DNA of 64,000 nt from Lama glama. Lineage: Eukaryota. The translations under genes were made by a program, and so were the position numbers. Below the pieces are notes generated by a model, which worked only from the letters and a program-made list of their open reading frames with translations, did not search any database and was not told the origin of the DNA. Of the stretch, positions 63,373-64,000 are shown piece by piece. The stretch's first letter is position 1, and the number at the start of each line of letters is the position of its first letter. Location: contig CM052816.1 of NCBI GenBank assembly GCA_028534125.1, positions 86,306,001 through 86,370,000 on the forward strand, written 5' to 3'.

Positions 63373-64000
63373 CCTGTTATTTTTGTTGGTATTCTTATTT
63401 GTAACTTATGACGTGCTTTTTCATGAATATTTAGTATGTTTTATTTTAACCATAGCTTGTGATGCAGATTTGGCTACCACATTAAGATTCAATTTGTGTT
63501 GCAGCGAAAAATTTAATTTAAATTTAAAATTTAATTTGTGTTGAAGTGAAAACTACATGGTGTTTTAAGTCTCATTATGTCACTAATTCTACTATCAACA
63601 TCATAAATTTCTCATTCCAATTGTTTTGTTTATGAAAATGGGAGTTTGAATCATATCATTTCCAAGGACACAGTTAGTTTATCTGTTGTTACAATTGGAA
63701 AGGGCTAATACCATCCATTACAGTAACTGGAAAGGACTCAATATATTACCGTTAAAATATAATTATTCCCTAATGATTGTGAAAATGTCAGTTGCCTAAA
63801 GAGAGAATGTAACCTACAGACTTAAATTACATTCTCAGAATCACATTTACTTAATTGCATGAACAAGGGAATTAATGGATATGAATTCTGAAAATGATGT
63901 GAAGGACCCAAAAAGGCAGAGACAGGAGAAAGCATTGGAAAGATGGAGACTAACTGTTGTGAGTTCCATAAGCCTCATAAACTCATTCAGGTGAAACATG

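Noticed and set aside
1..64000. A novel multi-gene system (CRISPR, defence island, endogenous viral gene, inserted foreign cassette)
   Set aside because: There is no long ORF (the maximum is 117 aa, antisense within L1), no regularly spaced repeat array and no block of foreign composition. I recognise no viral coding remnant, only solo LTRs.

Overview
This is AT-rich, CpG-depleted mammalian genomic DNA. The two youngest L1 3' ends look laurasiatherian, and I see no Alu or lineage-specific tRNA-derived SINE. I find no credible protein-coding exon, RNA gene, CRISPR array or prokaryotic system. The ORF track is explained by decayed L1 ORF2, microsatellites and chance ORFs. Much of the window is ancient transposon debris: L2, MIR, L1M/HAL1, MaLR/ERVL/ERV1 solo LTRs and hAT MITEs. 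This includes a three-level nested L1 stack at about 24.85-32.8 kb. The one clearly functional-looking locus is a small CpG-rich promoter and non-coding 5' exon at about 54.3-55.04 kb on the + strand. It carries TATA-like and CCAAT motifs, a 17-bp tandem triplication, a possible 77-nt intron and a donor at 55039, and is followed by a transposon-poor first intron. I do not recognise the gene. Weaker candidate first or internal exons lie at about 24.06-24.33 kb (+), 47.55-47.62 kb (+), 18.585-18.9 kb (-) and 4.68-4.74 kb (-). I cannot support a previously undescribed biological system from this sequence. Repeat subfamily names come from my recall of consensus sequences, and repeat boundaries are approximate unless a TSD is quoted.
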